Assembly (NCBI GenBank): GCA_963803975.1
Contig: CAWDOY010000019.1
Location: forward strand, 1 to 64,000
DNA from: an uncultured delta proteobacterium
GTDB lineage: Bacteria; Desulfobacterota; WTBG01; CAIYCZ01
Length of the DNA stretch: 64,000 nt
Reading direction: 5' to 3'
Positions 10,771-21,762 of this stretch are shown here, piece by piece; the stretch's first letter is position 1, and each line of letters opens with the position of its first letter. A program made the position numbers and the translations under genes. The notes beneath the pieces were generated by a model. The model saw only the letters and a list, made by a program, of their open reading frames with translations, was not told where the DNA came from and searched no databases.

Positions 10771-12276
10771 CTATTTCTCTAATTCAGATTTAAAGCGCGG
10801 TGACCAGAAGAGCTTGCGGAAGTGGTAACCGTATATGGCCAGGCACACAACTTCCGAGAATGCGGTGCGATACTTTGAATATGAATTCTTGAGCAACAGC
10901 CAGTAATAATTTTTAGTCTGTGTCCGGTCAACAATGCCAAGATACCAGAAGGTGCGGATAAAGGTAAGGACATCATTTTTCTCAAGGTAAAATTTGGTCT
11001 TCGGCCGGTAGTCCTGCAGGAAGGTCATGATGCGTTTATAATACATCTCCGGTGAATAAATAGTATTCATTACCCACTTATAACCGTTGATAAGGGTCTC
11101 TCGGTCCATTTTGGGGATGAAGTTGAGACTCTCCTGCGGATCGGTATTATTGCAGGCGCATTTAAACAGAAGCCGGCCTTCCTCTTCCAGACGTTTATAG
11201 AGCCGCGTTCCCGGCATTGCGGTGAGCAGGCCGATCATGGCCGTAACAATGCCGGTCTTCTGAATGAACTGTACCTGCCGCTGAAAGATATCCGGCGGGT
11301 CGCTGTCAAAGCCGATAATAAATCCCCCCATCACCGCCAGGCCGTGATTCTGAATGATGCGCACTGAATCGGTAAGGCCCCGTTTAAGGTTCTGGGATTT
11401 GCCGCATTCTTTGAGACCCTCCTCAGAGGGTGTTTCAATCCCCATAAAAACTTTATTAAATCCTGCCTGAACCATGAGATCCATCAGCTCTTCATCTTCT
11501 GCCAGATCAACCGAAGCTTCGGTAAAGAAATTGAGCCGGCGCTTGCGCTGACCCTGCCAGGTAATAATCTCCCGCAGAAGCGATTTCACCGTAACCTTAT
11601 TGCCGATAAAATTATCATCAACAATAAATACGGTTCCGCGCCAGCCCCGGCTGTACAGCGCATCAAGCTCTGCTATCATCCGGGCATTGGTTTTGGTCCG
11701 CGGCACCCGGCCGTTCATGACGATGATGTCACAGAACTCGCAATTGAACGGGCAACCCCGTGAGTACTGAATGCCCATGCTGGCATAGTCAGATAAATGT
11801 ATCAGGTCCCATTGAGGAATCGGCGTGGCATCCAGTGGCGGACGATTATGTTCCTCGTAATATTTTTTCGCAGCCCCGTTTTCGATGTCTGCAACAAAAC
11901 GGGGTACGGTGAGCTCGCCTTCACCCAGTATCAGATGATCCGCATCCTGAAAAACCTCCCGGTAAGAGTTGAACAGCGGGCCGCCGCACACGGTTTTAAC
12001 ACCGAGCTTGTGGCAGCGATCAAGCACGGTACGGGTGGAGCCCCATTGTGCCACCATGGCGCTGATAAACACATAATCCGCCCACTGCAGGTCATCATCA
12101 TGCAAGCTGCGCACATTCATATCCACCAGGCGTTTCTGCCAGGAAGAGGGAAGCATTGCTGCCACCGTGAGAGCTCCCAGCGGCGGGAAAGCAGATTTTC
12201 GCTGTACCACCCGCAGGGCGTGCTTGAAGCTCCAGAATGTTTCAGCAACCTGGGGATATACAATCAGGATATTCAT
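10771..12276 (-). CDS. B12-binding radical SAM protein (DUF4070-type)
   Basis: FWSF...FPPLG N-terminal B12-binding region, SRGCPFNCEFC CxxxCxxC, VDDNFIGN, GFIIGFDSD, PGTRLY. Confidence 0.9.
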   Translation of the reverse strand: MNILIVYPQVAETFWSFKHALRVVQRKSAFPPLGALTVAAMLPSSWQKRLVDMNVRSLHDDDLQWADYVFISAMVAQWGSTRTVLDRCHKLGVKTVCGGPLFNSYREVFQDADHLILGEGELTVPRFVADIENGAAKKYYEEHNRPPLDATPIPQWDLIHLSDYASMGIQYSRGCPFNCEFCDIIVMNGRVPRTKTNARMIAELDALYSRGWRGTVFIVDDNFIGNKVTVKSLLREIITWQGQRKRRLNFFTEASVDLAEDEELMDLMVQAGFNKVFMGIETPSEEGLKECGKSQNLKRGLTDSVRIIQNHGLAVMGGFIIGFDSDPPDIFQRQVQFIQKTGIVTAMIGLLTAMPGTRLYKRLEEEGRLLFKCACNNTDPQESLNFIPKMDRETLINGYKWVMNTIYSPEMYYKRIMTFLQDYRPKTKFYLEKNDVLTFIRTFWYLGIVDRTQTKNYYWLLLKNSYSKYRTAFSEVVCLAIYGYHFRKLFWSPRFKSELEK

Positions 12277-12325
12277 TCACCTATCTCCACTGAGTTATCT
12301 GTTGGTCACCTTGACCGGCATAAAA

Positions 12326-12354
12326 ATAGTAGCATATAGGATGAGCCGGGACAA
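12326..12354 (-). promoter_or_regulatory. putative sigma70 promoter for the radical SAM gene
   Basis: Minus strand TTGTCC-N17-TACTAT with extended TG. Confidence 0.45.
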
Positions 12355-12376
12355 GGCAAAAGGCATCTATCCGGCA

Positions 12377-12516
12377 GTTGAAAAACACCCGGCTGCTTCG
12401 TTGCGCTCATCCTTCGCCATTGCGACGTACGGTACCGTACGCCTCATTCCTCTTGATTTCGCGCGCCTTGCATCTGGATGTTTTTGATCAGCCTGGGAGA
12501 AAACTACTTTTTCAAC
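12377..12516. mobile_element. ~140 bp MITE-like non-autonomous element
   Basis: Terminal inverted repeats GTTGAAAAA / TTTTTCAAC, internal palindrome CGTACGGTACCGTACG, partial second copy at 6205; no credible coding capacity. Confidence 0.6.
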
Positions 12517-12569
12517 AAACAGTTAGGACATTCCTCAAAATTAATCATAGAAAACAGGAAAATGACCGC

Positions 12570-12640
12570 AGTGAAAAAGTGAAGAGGCAAAGAGGCAGAG
12601 AGGTTTTACCTTTTAACCTCTTAGTTTTTTGGCCTTTACT
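12570..12640. repeat. inverted octamer arms with no cargo
   Basis: GAAAAAGT GAAGAGGC AAAGAGGC AGAGAGGT then TTTACCTT TTAACCTC TTAGTTTT TTGGCCTT. Confidence 0.65.
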
Positions 12641-13233
12641 GGGCACTAATCCCGAAGTCACTGGCCACGGGTCACGAACCACGAGCCACTAATTCCGAGT
12701 TCCTACCCCCTGCGCTCTAATAATGAAAGCACTATAAATTTTGAGTAACGTCCTGAAAAAGCAGGCTGCGGTATAATGGCCGGCGGGATAATAAAAATGG
12801 GAGTTAAGGAAGTAAGCAAATGAGATGTTGAAGAGGGGGGAACAACGCTCTCAAGTGTTTTCTTACTCCTTAACTCCCAATTATAAAAGCAATGGAGCTG
12901 CTGCCTGTTGGCGTATAATCTTCAGTTACTGTCAAATCTACCGGATATATTGCCCGCAAAGCAGCTTACTTAGTTCTATGGCATCACCTGCACCATTTCT
13001 TAATTATATAATAACACATTTTCAGGTTTTTTAAAGAATAATTATTGCCTATTATGTGGCAGTATCGGCTTTCCCCTGAAACTGATTTTTGCTCTGTTTA
13101 ACGTGTTTCAAAAATAAATTTGCAACTTTCTTTTTGCCAGACTATTTAAAGATATGTTATGAACCATGATGATTGAAATAACACTTGATTTGAATCATCT
13201 CAAGACTATGTAATAAATTTTTGGAGAACGGGT

Positions 13234-15848
13234 ATGTCCAGAAGAAGAGATTCTTTACTGATGCTGACAATCGGTATGATAGTATTGCTCCTGCCGGTCT
13301 TCGGGCAGGCACAGATACACGCTCTTATCGTTAAAGGGGTGGCTGCAACTGATTTGTCCGGCATCCCCAAAACGTCTTTCAGCCCCGGCGATACCATCCG
13401 CTATACGGTGTCATACTCTGCCAGCGGGTTCTCCTTTTTGCGGGTGCGCGGCACGGTCGCGTTTACCGGCGCCCCCCAGGAGAAATTGCCCCGGCAATAT
13501 AAGACCGGCAGCGGCGATTATACTATTTCCTGGGACAGCGTCATACCTGCGCAGGCTCTGGGAACGGCAACCGTAACGATACGCTTTTTCAGCCTGCCGG
13601 GTAGTTTCGGGACAACTTCCGCCACTTTTACCGTAGCGGAAAACCCGCCGCTGCCGCCGGCCTCATTTGTAGGAACGTCGCTGTGCATAGCCTGTCACAG
13701 CAGTTTCAGCAAAGATATTGTCGATGCTTATAATGAGTCAGGGCACCACTTCGCCTTGAATGCCGTCAGTAACTCTGCACCGGTATATCCCGGCTTTGCT
13801 CCTGGTGTGCCACAGCCGCCGGCAACTTTTCCGTGGACGGACATTCTCTATGTCGCGGGCGGTTACGGCTGGGAAGCGCAATTTGTAAATCAGGACGGAT
13901 ACATTTTAACTAACGGCGCAGATGGCTGTAGACAGCCAGTACAACCTGCCGAACGCATTTTTAAAATTGCCGGGGCAGTTTGTGCCGTACGAGTCAGACC
14001 AGACCGCAGCCAAAGCATTTACCTGCGGAGCCTGCCACTCCACCGGCTATTCTGCTGCAGGAAACCAGGGCGGTAAGGCCGGCATTGCCGGAACATGGCA
14101 GGAGCCGGGGGTCGGGTGCGAAGCATGCCACGGCCCCGGCAGTAACCATGTCGCAAATCCAGGCGCAGTCAAGCCGCCCAATGATCCGGCGGGTGCCTGC
14201 GTGACCTGTCATGTGCGCGATACTACAGCAGTGGTCGAGGCGTCTGACGGGCTTATTCTCAGCCAGCAGCAATCTGATGAACTTAATGCCGGTGTGAAAT
14301 TTTATTTCAAGTGCGTTTCCTGCCACAATCCCCACGCGTCAGCCCGCTATGATCAGAGCGCTCAGGGCACAGCCATTATTCAGGCCTGCACTAACTGCCA
14401 CAAGGATAAAACAGTGGGTCTCGGGAATGAGCTTTCTTAAGTGCACGGACTGCCACATGCCGTATGCTGTTAAATCAGGTGCACATATAAGCTATCAGGA
14501 TCCGAACAACCTTACGCTGCACGCGGGTGATGTGCGTTCTCATATCTTTACTATAAACCCGGATGCTGCCAGCCCGTCAGATATGTTCAGCCCTGATGGC
14601 ACGTCAATCGCGGTCGGCAGCGACGGCAAGGCAAAAGGACTGACGCTTGATTTTGTGTGCCTGTCGTGCCACCGGCAGGGCGGGTTTGCCGCCACCGTCT
14701 ATAGCTTTGAACAGGTGAAAGGGCTGGCGTCTTTAGTGCATGGCAGCGCGCCGGGCAAGGGCGGCTATATCGGCTCTACGCTCTGCATTGCCTGTCACTC
14801 GGGCAGGAATAAAGACATAGTGGATGCTTATACGGCTTCCGGCCACCACTTCGCGCTGAATAAGGTAAGCGCAGCCGCGCCGGTTTATCCCGCGTTTGCC
14901 CCGGGCGTTCCCCAGCCGCCGGCCGGGCTGCAGTGGCCGGATATTTTGTACGTGACGGGTGGTTATGGATGGAAGGCAAACTTTTTAAACGCCAGCGGTT
15001 ATATTATCACCAATGGCAGCAATAAGATCGACAGTCAGTACAACCTGCCGGACAATTTTCTCGGCACCAGCGGGCAATTTGTCCCCTATGAAACAAAACA
15101 GACAGCGCCAAAAACATTTGACTGCGGCCCCTGCCATGCCACCGGCTATACAGCGCAGGGCAATCAGAACAGCCTCGCGGGAATCAAAGGAACCTGGAAT
15201 GAGGACGGGGTAGGGTGCGAGGCCTGTCACGGGCCCGGCGAGCAGCATCTTAACAATCCTCTGGGGGTCAAGCCGTCGAATGATCCGAAGCAGGCCTGCG
15301 GCACCTGTCATATCCGCGACAATACTGCGGTGCTTGAAGCAGAAGAAGGTCTCATCCTGAGCCAGCAGCAGTCTGAAGAATTGAAGGCGAGTGCCAAAAG
15401 CTTTCTCACCTGTGACTCCTGCCACGATGCTCATGCTTCAGCACACTATGACCCGAGCGCACCGGGGACCGGTATAACTACAGATTGCATCGTATGTCAC
15501 CCCGGCAAGACCATAGGTCTCGGCATGGCATTTCTCAAGTGCACGGACTGCCACATGCCGTATGCTGTCAAGTCGGGAGCAAATATAAGCTATCAGGACC
15601 CGGACGGCCTCGCGCTGAAAATAGGTGATGTGCGCTCCCACCTGTTTACTATCAATGCGGATGCGGCAAGCCCCGCTGATATGTTCACGGCTGACGGCAC
15701 GGGGGTGGCTGTCGATGCGAATGGCAAAGCTAAAGGGCTGACGCTTGATTTTATCTGCCTGTCCTGCCACCGGCCGGGCGGGTTTGCCAATACCACCTAT
15801 ACCTATGAACAGGTGAAAGGGTTAGCCGGTTCAGTGCATCAGGATTAG
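13234..15848 (+). CDS. secreted 16-heme cytochrome c (N-terminal Ig-like domain + two tandem octaheme modules), two frameshifts
   Basis: Signal peptide; module 1 CIACH/CGACH/CEACH/CVTCH/CVSCH/CTNCH/CTDCH/CLSCH; module 2 CIACH/CGPCH/CEACH/CGTCH/CDSCH/CIVCH/CTDCH/CLSCH; frameshifts near 13925 and 14425. Confidence 0.85.
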
Positions 15849-16062
15849 CTTTTAAAAATTAAAGCATTTACGATAACATAATATATTCTGAACTTTTATT
15901 TTCCATGACCTTGCGAAAACCTTTAAAATAAGCTACTAAAAATATACAAACCTACAGCACCAACCCAGAATCCTGAAATAAGCTTAGGGTATAACGGGTT
16001 GTATATTATATATATACAGCACGGAGGGGATCAGTTTAAACCTTTTATTGGGGAGTATTTTT

Positions 16063-18382
16063 ATGACGCAAAGAACAACCAAGCACTGTTTTGCAGTAAT
16101 GACGCTGTTCGTCTTCCTTTCAGTAATGCTTATAGCAGCAGGAGACGCAGCAGCACAGACCTACAACCTTCTGGTAAGAGTCAAAGGCACTGCGGGAGCC
16201 AATAACCAGGTAACATTGACGCTTGGCGGTGGAAGCCTTACCACACCGATAGTAAAACAGACCGGGCCGTTTGGATTTGCCTTCTTTACCAGAGTTCCTG
16301 CCGGTATCTACACCCTGACGCCGAGCAAGACCAATGAAGCATTTTTGCCGGAGACAGCAGTCGTTGTCATAAGCACAACTTCAAAACGCTGGACCTTCAT
16401 TACGTTTGAAACCACCACCATCCAGAAATTATGGGAAGGCTCCGGCCATGCGGATTCAAAAGCCGAGGCGTTTGTCCACTGGGACGAGGAAGATCCTCCT
16501 GAAATTCCTACTTCCTGCGCCAAGTGCCACAGCACGGCCGGTTTTATTGATTTTGCCCAGGACGGCACGGTGGACACCGCGGTGCCTGCCGGCCCGGATA
16601 AAACAAATAACATTTCCTGTGATGCCTGCCATGCACCTGCAGCACAGGCTTTGACCAGCGTCAAATTTCCCTCCGGCGCGGTGCTCAGCAACCTCGGCAA
16701 AGAGGCCATCTGCATGCAGTGCCACCAGGGACGCTCTTCAACTCCGCAGGTTGACGCTGCCATTGCCAAGGCCGCGCCTGCTGACGATGACACGCCGACC
16801 AGCGCCCTGAGTTTCCAGAATATCCACTATTATGCCGCAGCAGCCACGCTGTACGGCGGAGAGGTCCAGGGCGGATATCAATATGCCGGCAAGGCCTATG
16901 ACATTAAATTCCAGCATGTGGAAGGCTTTGACAAGTGCTTTGCCTGCCATGACCAGCATTCCCTGCGGGTAAAAACAGAATACTGCGTTCAGTGCCACAC
17001 CGGCGCGACCGAAGTGGACGATTTGAAAAACGTGCGCATGAACGGCTCTCTTGAGGATTATGACGGTGACGGCAACATCACTGAGGGCATTGCCTTTGAA
17101 ATAGAAGGGCTGCAGGTAAAACTGCTTGCAGGCTATTCAGGCATACGCGAGTACGGTCGCAGGAACCAAAATTGCCTATAATGCCGCAGCGTACCCCTAC
17201 TTCTTTAAAGACGCCAATGGTAACGGCACTGCAGACGCTGACGAGACCGCCTATGATGCATGGACCGCGCGTCTGCTGAAAGCTGCCTATAACTACCAGA
17301 CCTCGCTGAAAGACCCCGGCGCGTTCGCCCACAATGCAAAATACGTCATTGAGCTTCTGTATGATTCCATAGCAGACCTCAATACCAAGCTTTCAACTCC
17401 CATAAGCCTTGCCGGCGCCAGCCGCGTTGATGAAGGCCACTTTGACGGCTCATCTGAAGCCTTCCGGCACTGGGATGAAGAGGAAGAAGGCGTACCATCA
17501 GGCTGCGTCAAGTGTCACACCTCCTACGGACTGCCCAAAGTGCTGAAGGCAGAGACGCTTGAAGCCGGCCCGCCGTCAAACGGTTTTGCCTGCTCCACCT
17601 GCCATGACAACAATGTGACATTCCCGGTCAGGCAAGCAGGAGAGGTAACGTTCCCGTCAGGGCTGAAGGCGAGCCTTGAGGATGCAAGCAACCTGTGCAT
17701 GAACTGCCACCAGGGACGCGCATCCAAGAAAACCATCGATGACAACATAGCAGCAGACAACTTCGGCTTTGTCAATGTTCATTACTATGCTGCCGCGGCC
17801 TCATTTTTCGGGACCGATGTCAAGGGCGGCTATGAGTATGACGGCAAGACCTATGCGGGAAAAAACACCTTCCCGGCCCATGGCGGGAACCTGAATACCT
17901 GCGTGCAGTGCCATATGGGCACCAAGTCTGTTGCTAAATCACACATGGTAATACCGAATGTGGCAAACTGCCAGTGCCATGCCATCTCCAGCTTCGACGC
18001 TCTGAAGATAAGCGGCAGCGACTATAACAAGGACGGCCAGCAGCCGGTGAAGCAGGAGATTGAATCAACGCAGGCAGCCCTGTATGCGCAGATTCAAACC
18101 TATGCTAAAGACACCCTGGCTAAGCCAATTGTTTACAGCCCGACCGCCTATCCGTATTTCTTCAATGACACAAACGGTAACGGCAGTTTAGATGCGGATG
18201 AGGCTACCAGTGCCAATGGATACAAGTCCTTTGATGCCAAACTTCTGAAAGCTGCATATAATTACCAGTTCAGCATCAAGGAGCCCTGCGGCTATATCCA
18301 CAACGCGGACTATATGGCCCAGCTTGCGATTGACTCCATCGGTGATCTCGGCGGCGATGTAAGCAAGTTCAGCAGGCCCTGA
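16063..18382 (+). CDS. secreted polyheme cytochrome c (beta-sandwich domain + two pentaheme modules), one frameshift near 17128
   Basis: EAF.HWDEE, C.KCH, VKFPSG/VTFPSG, CM.CHQGR.S, HYYAAAA, LLKAAYNYQ each occur twice; 9 CxxCH + 1 CxCH. Confidence 0.85.
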
Positions 18383-18420
18383 TCAGGTACTGCTTGCGTA
18401 GTAATCAGGTGTGATGTATC

Positions 18421-18455
18421 AGGGGAGGCGGATACCGTTCGCCTCCCCTTTTTTT
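18421..18455 (+). terminator. rho-independent terminator
   Basis: AGGGGAGGCGGA-loop-TTCGCCTCCCCT followed by a T run, ~40 nt after the stop at 18382. Confidence 0.85.
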
Positions 18456-18526
18456 CGCTGTTGACAAAACATGCCAAACCATGTTTTATGCAAGAGTATA
18501 GATAATACCGTATCACAGCACTCACC

Positions 18527-19633
18527 ATGAAGCACAACCACAGCCCATTACTATTAATAATCCTGCTCTTTGCAGGCATCGCCTGTTTCCCCTCCGGGGC
18601 AAGCGCTGCGCCGGTGCACCTGCTCGATTTTACCGGCATCACGATAACCGATAATCTGGGAGTACCCACAACAGAGTTCGGACCGGGAAATGTCGTCAAT
18701 ATTGAAGCTGCATTTACCCTCAGCCCGGCCGGGCATTGCATGGCTGCGCGGCACTGTTACTGGCACGAACTGGTCGGCAGAACTTCCGCTGAGATTCCGC
18801 TTTGGCCTAAAGGGGGATTACAAGGCAGCGTGGGCTATAACCATTCCAATAACAGCAACCGGCCTGACGCAGGTTGAGATCACCCTGGTCAATCCCTTGC
18901 AGGAGCGTGTTATACGCAGCGCCTTTTTCACTGTTACCCCTATCCAGGCGGCATATGTGGGTTCTGATGCCTGCAGCCTGTGCCATCCTGATGTCTTTGC
19001 TGCCTGGAAACAGACTCTGCATAATCCGTTCGCGGGATGTGAAGTGTGCCACGGGCCCGGCAGCGAGCATATCCTGACCCAGTCTCCGCAGTTTATAGTT
19101 ATTAATAAAACGTCACAGCTTTGCGGGCAATGCCACGGGCAGAACAACGGTCAGGGTATTGCAGCCGGTAATGGTTTCATTAAACCGCAGCAGCAGTACA
19201 ATGAATTGCAAGCCACCCGTCATGGCATGCGTTCTGGTGTGCGTCACCTGCCACAACCCGCATTACAGCATCAGTGCCGCGCCGGCAAAGGCCATCAAAG
19301 TCAACTGCCGGGAATGCCACGCAAATAAGAACGTTGATCTGTTAATGGAGGAACGTCGCCTGCGTGGAATGCCACATGCCGTATGCGGTACTGAAGACGC
19401 AGTCAACCGGCGCGGGGCCCTACCGCAAAGGTGACGAGCGGACCCACATCGTGCGGATTAAAACCGAGGCAAATCCCCAGGATATGTTCATGCCGGGCGG
19501 CACGGCACTCCGCGAGGATGCGCTGGGAGCTTTTATTACTGACAATTTTGCCTGTCTGGGCTGCCATAATGGAGTGATTGCCCGCTTTGAGACGTTTGAA
19601 GATGTTCGTAAAACCTCTACGCTGATTCATTAG
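18527..19633 (+). CDS. secreted heptaheme cytochrome c, single-module paralog of 13234-15848, about three frameshifts
   Basis: Signal peptide; TDNLGVPTTEFGPG resembles TDLSGIPKTSFSPG; CSLCH, CEVCHGPGS, CGQCH, CVTCHNPH, CRECH, CVECHMPYA, CLGCH. Confidence 0.8.
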
Positions 19634-19861
19634 CGATCTGCCTCTGGCGCGCTTTCAGACAGTGCTTTTGATCTGCCCGGAACCCTGCAGGCGCGCAAAC
19701 CTGACCATGCTTGCGGCCAGGAGGATTGAATATTGATTCCTGAAGAAAGGAGAGTGTGAAACGCATTCTCCTTATTTTTATATGGAATTCATTAATAATC
19801 TTTGTTATATAGAACTATCAATCTACCAGCATGATCGTTCTTCTTTCCTGAATCTAAACGC

Positions 19862-20602
19862 ATGAGAAAATTATTCATTATACTGATTGGCATTACTGCG
19901 TGCTGTTCAGCCTTCAACTGTGCCGTAACGGTCAGCTGCGCTGAAGAGGTCGGCATGGTCCTGGTGCCGGGCGGCAAATGCAGCCTGGGAGCAGAGGACG
20001 GTGACCCTGATGAGATGCCAATACATGAAGTGTATGTTGATTCTTTTTATATTGACGTGCATGAGGTAACCATCGGGCAGTACAAAAAATTTATGGAAGC
20101 GACCGGCCACCAGAAACCGCTCTACTGGCAGCCGGAACTCGACCGTAACGAGGACCCGGTTGTTGGCATAAGCTGGCAGGATGCCGCGGCGTATGCTTCA
20201 TGGGCAGGCACCAGGCTCCCCACCGAGGCTGAATGGGGGTATGCTGCCCGCGGGGGGAGTATGCATGGCAAATACCCGTGGGGTGATAAGCCGGATACGA
20301 GTTACGCAAATTTTAAATCATTTGGCATATTACCGGTAAAAAGTTTAAAGCCAAACGGGTACGGCTTGTACGACATGATTGGTAATGTGTGGGAATGGTG
20401 CTCGGACTGGTATGACAGTGCCTATTATTATTCAAGCCCGGGGAAAAACCCCCGGGGACCGGTTGCAGGAACGCATAAGGTTCTGCGCGGCGGGGCCTGG
20501 TATTGTGATGATAAAGAGGTAAGGGTAACAAACAGATTCTTTGCTCTTCCGGATGCAAAGAATTACAACGTCGGTTTCCGCTGCGTGAAATCTGTCAAAT
20601 GA
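19862..20602 (+). CDS. secreted formylglycine-generating-enzyme (SUMF1/FGE-sulfatase) family protein
   Basis: EVTIGQY, PVVGISWQDA, RLPTEAEW, NGYGLYDMIGNVWEW, RGGAW, GFRC. Confidence 0.9.
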   Translation: MRKLFIILIGITACCSAFNCAVTVSCAEEVGMVLVPGGKCSLGAEDGDPDEMPIHEVYVDSFYIDVHEVTIGQYKKFMEATGHQKPLYWQPELDRNEDPVVGISWQDAAAYASWAGTRLPTEAEWGYAARGGSMHGKYPWGDKPDTSYANFKSFGILPVKSLKPNGYGLYDMIGNVWEWCSDWYDSAYYYSSPGKNPRGPVAGTHKVLRGGAWYCDDKEVRVTNRFFALPDAKNYNVGFRCVKSVK

Positions 20603-21762
20603 GCCGTAGATCATTATTGCTATTCCTGCTGCTATTGTTGTTCTGCATGTCATCACGGGCATACGCTGTTGACGAGGAGAACTGCCTCCTGTGTCATAGA
20701 TATTCAGGCCTGGGAAGAATTGATAAAGAGGGCAAGAAGCACCTCTACTATGTCAATGAATCCCTCTACAACCAATCGGTCCACGCTAAAGTCCGCTGTG
20801 GAGAATGCCACACGGATATTAAAGGGTTTCCCCACGGCACAATAAAAAAAGTTGACTGCGCTGCGGTCTGCCATCTTGTTGACCCGTCAAACAATAAGCC
20901 CTTCTCCCATGCCAGCATGATTGAGAAATATGAGCTGAGCGTTCACGGCAAGGGCCCAAAAGACAAACCCAAGCAACATACTGAAGATTTGCCGACCTGC
21001 ACCTACTGCCATGACAACCGCATCTACCAGCCGGTCAGCAAGCTTGCCAGCAATGAGCGAGGCATGGCACAGGAAATCCTTGACCGCTGCATGGGCTGTC
21101 ATACCAATACTGAATGGACCAGTGCGTTTTATTATCATTTCACCGAGCGTCTTCATCAGCGGCGCTCTTCCAAGCGGATGGTAGAGCTCTGCACGTCATG
21201 CCATGAAGATGAAACAAAGATGTCGCGTCATAAGATTGCGATAGTGAGCACCTTCCGTGATACATTCCACTGGCAGGCAATAAAATATGGTGATCCGAAT
21301 GCGCCTAATTGTATTACCTGTCATGCACCGGTAGGGTATTTTTCCCACGAGATAATGCCCAAAAGTGATACCCGCTCAGCCCTGTATAAGGATAACCTGG
21401 TGCGCACCTGCAGCAATCAGGGCGGCGTGCAGATGTGCCATCCCGATGCCACACCAAGCTTCGCCCAGGGCAAGATTCACCCGCTGCAATTCAAGGCAGG
21501 TATTTTTGATAACCAGCAGGATGCTTTGAGCAGAAAACAGGAAATCGAGAAAGGAACCTTCAAACCATTCCAGACGCTGCTCTCAGAAATGGTGCGGGGC
21601 GATAGCGGAGACCAGGGGAAACTGCAGGGGATGATCCTGGTGCTGATAAAATATTTCTACATGCTTTTGATCGGGGGGCTTATCAGCAGCATGATGGTAC
21701 ATCAGATACTTGATTTTATCGCAACCCGCAGAGAACTGCGCAGGAAGGATAGACCGATATGA
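20599..21762 (+). CDS. membrane-anchored octaheme cytochrome c, module A copy 1
   Basis: Signal peptide, DEENCLLCH, 6 CxxCH + CX3CH + CX8CH, C-terminal TM helix; ATGA overlap with the upstream gene. Confidence 0.85.
   Translation: MSRRSLLLFLLLLLFCMSSRAYAVDEENCLLCHRYSGLGRIDKEGKKHLYYVNESLYNQSVHAKVRCGECHTDIKGFPHGTIKKVDCAAVCHLVDPSNNKPFSHASMIEKYELSVHGKGPKDKPKQHTEDLPTCTYCHDNRIYQPVSKLASNERGMAQEILDRCMGCHTNTEWTSAFYYHFTERLHQRRSSKRMVELCTSCHEDETKMSRHKIAIVSTFRDTFHWQAIKYGDPNAPNCITCHAPVGYFSHEIMPKSDTRSALYKDNLVRTCSNQGGVQMCHPDATPSFAQGKIHPLQFKAGIFDNQQDALSRKQEIEKGTFKPFQTLLSEMVRGDSGDQGKLQGMILVLIKYFYMLLIGGLISSMMVHQILDFIATRRELRRKDRPI

Noticed and set aside
10771..12276. B12-radical SAM as partner of the orphan RRE genes
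   Set aside because: It lies ~26 kb away, belongs to a widespread stand-alone family, and has no SPASM domain or adjacent precursor.
13234..15848. Calling the octaheme modules OmcZ, HAO or octaheme nitrite/tetrathionate reductase
   Set aside because: There is no CxxCK site and I cannot match the motif spacing to those families by eye; left as unassigned multiheme cytochromes.
18461..18490. sigma70 promoter at TTGACA (18461)
   Set aside because: The -35 is perfect but the -10 at 16-18 nt spacing is poor (TTTTAT), so it is not supportable.
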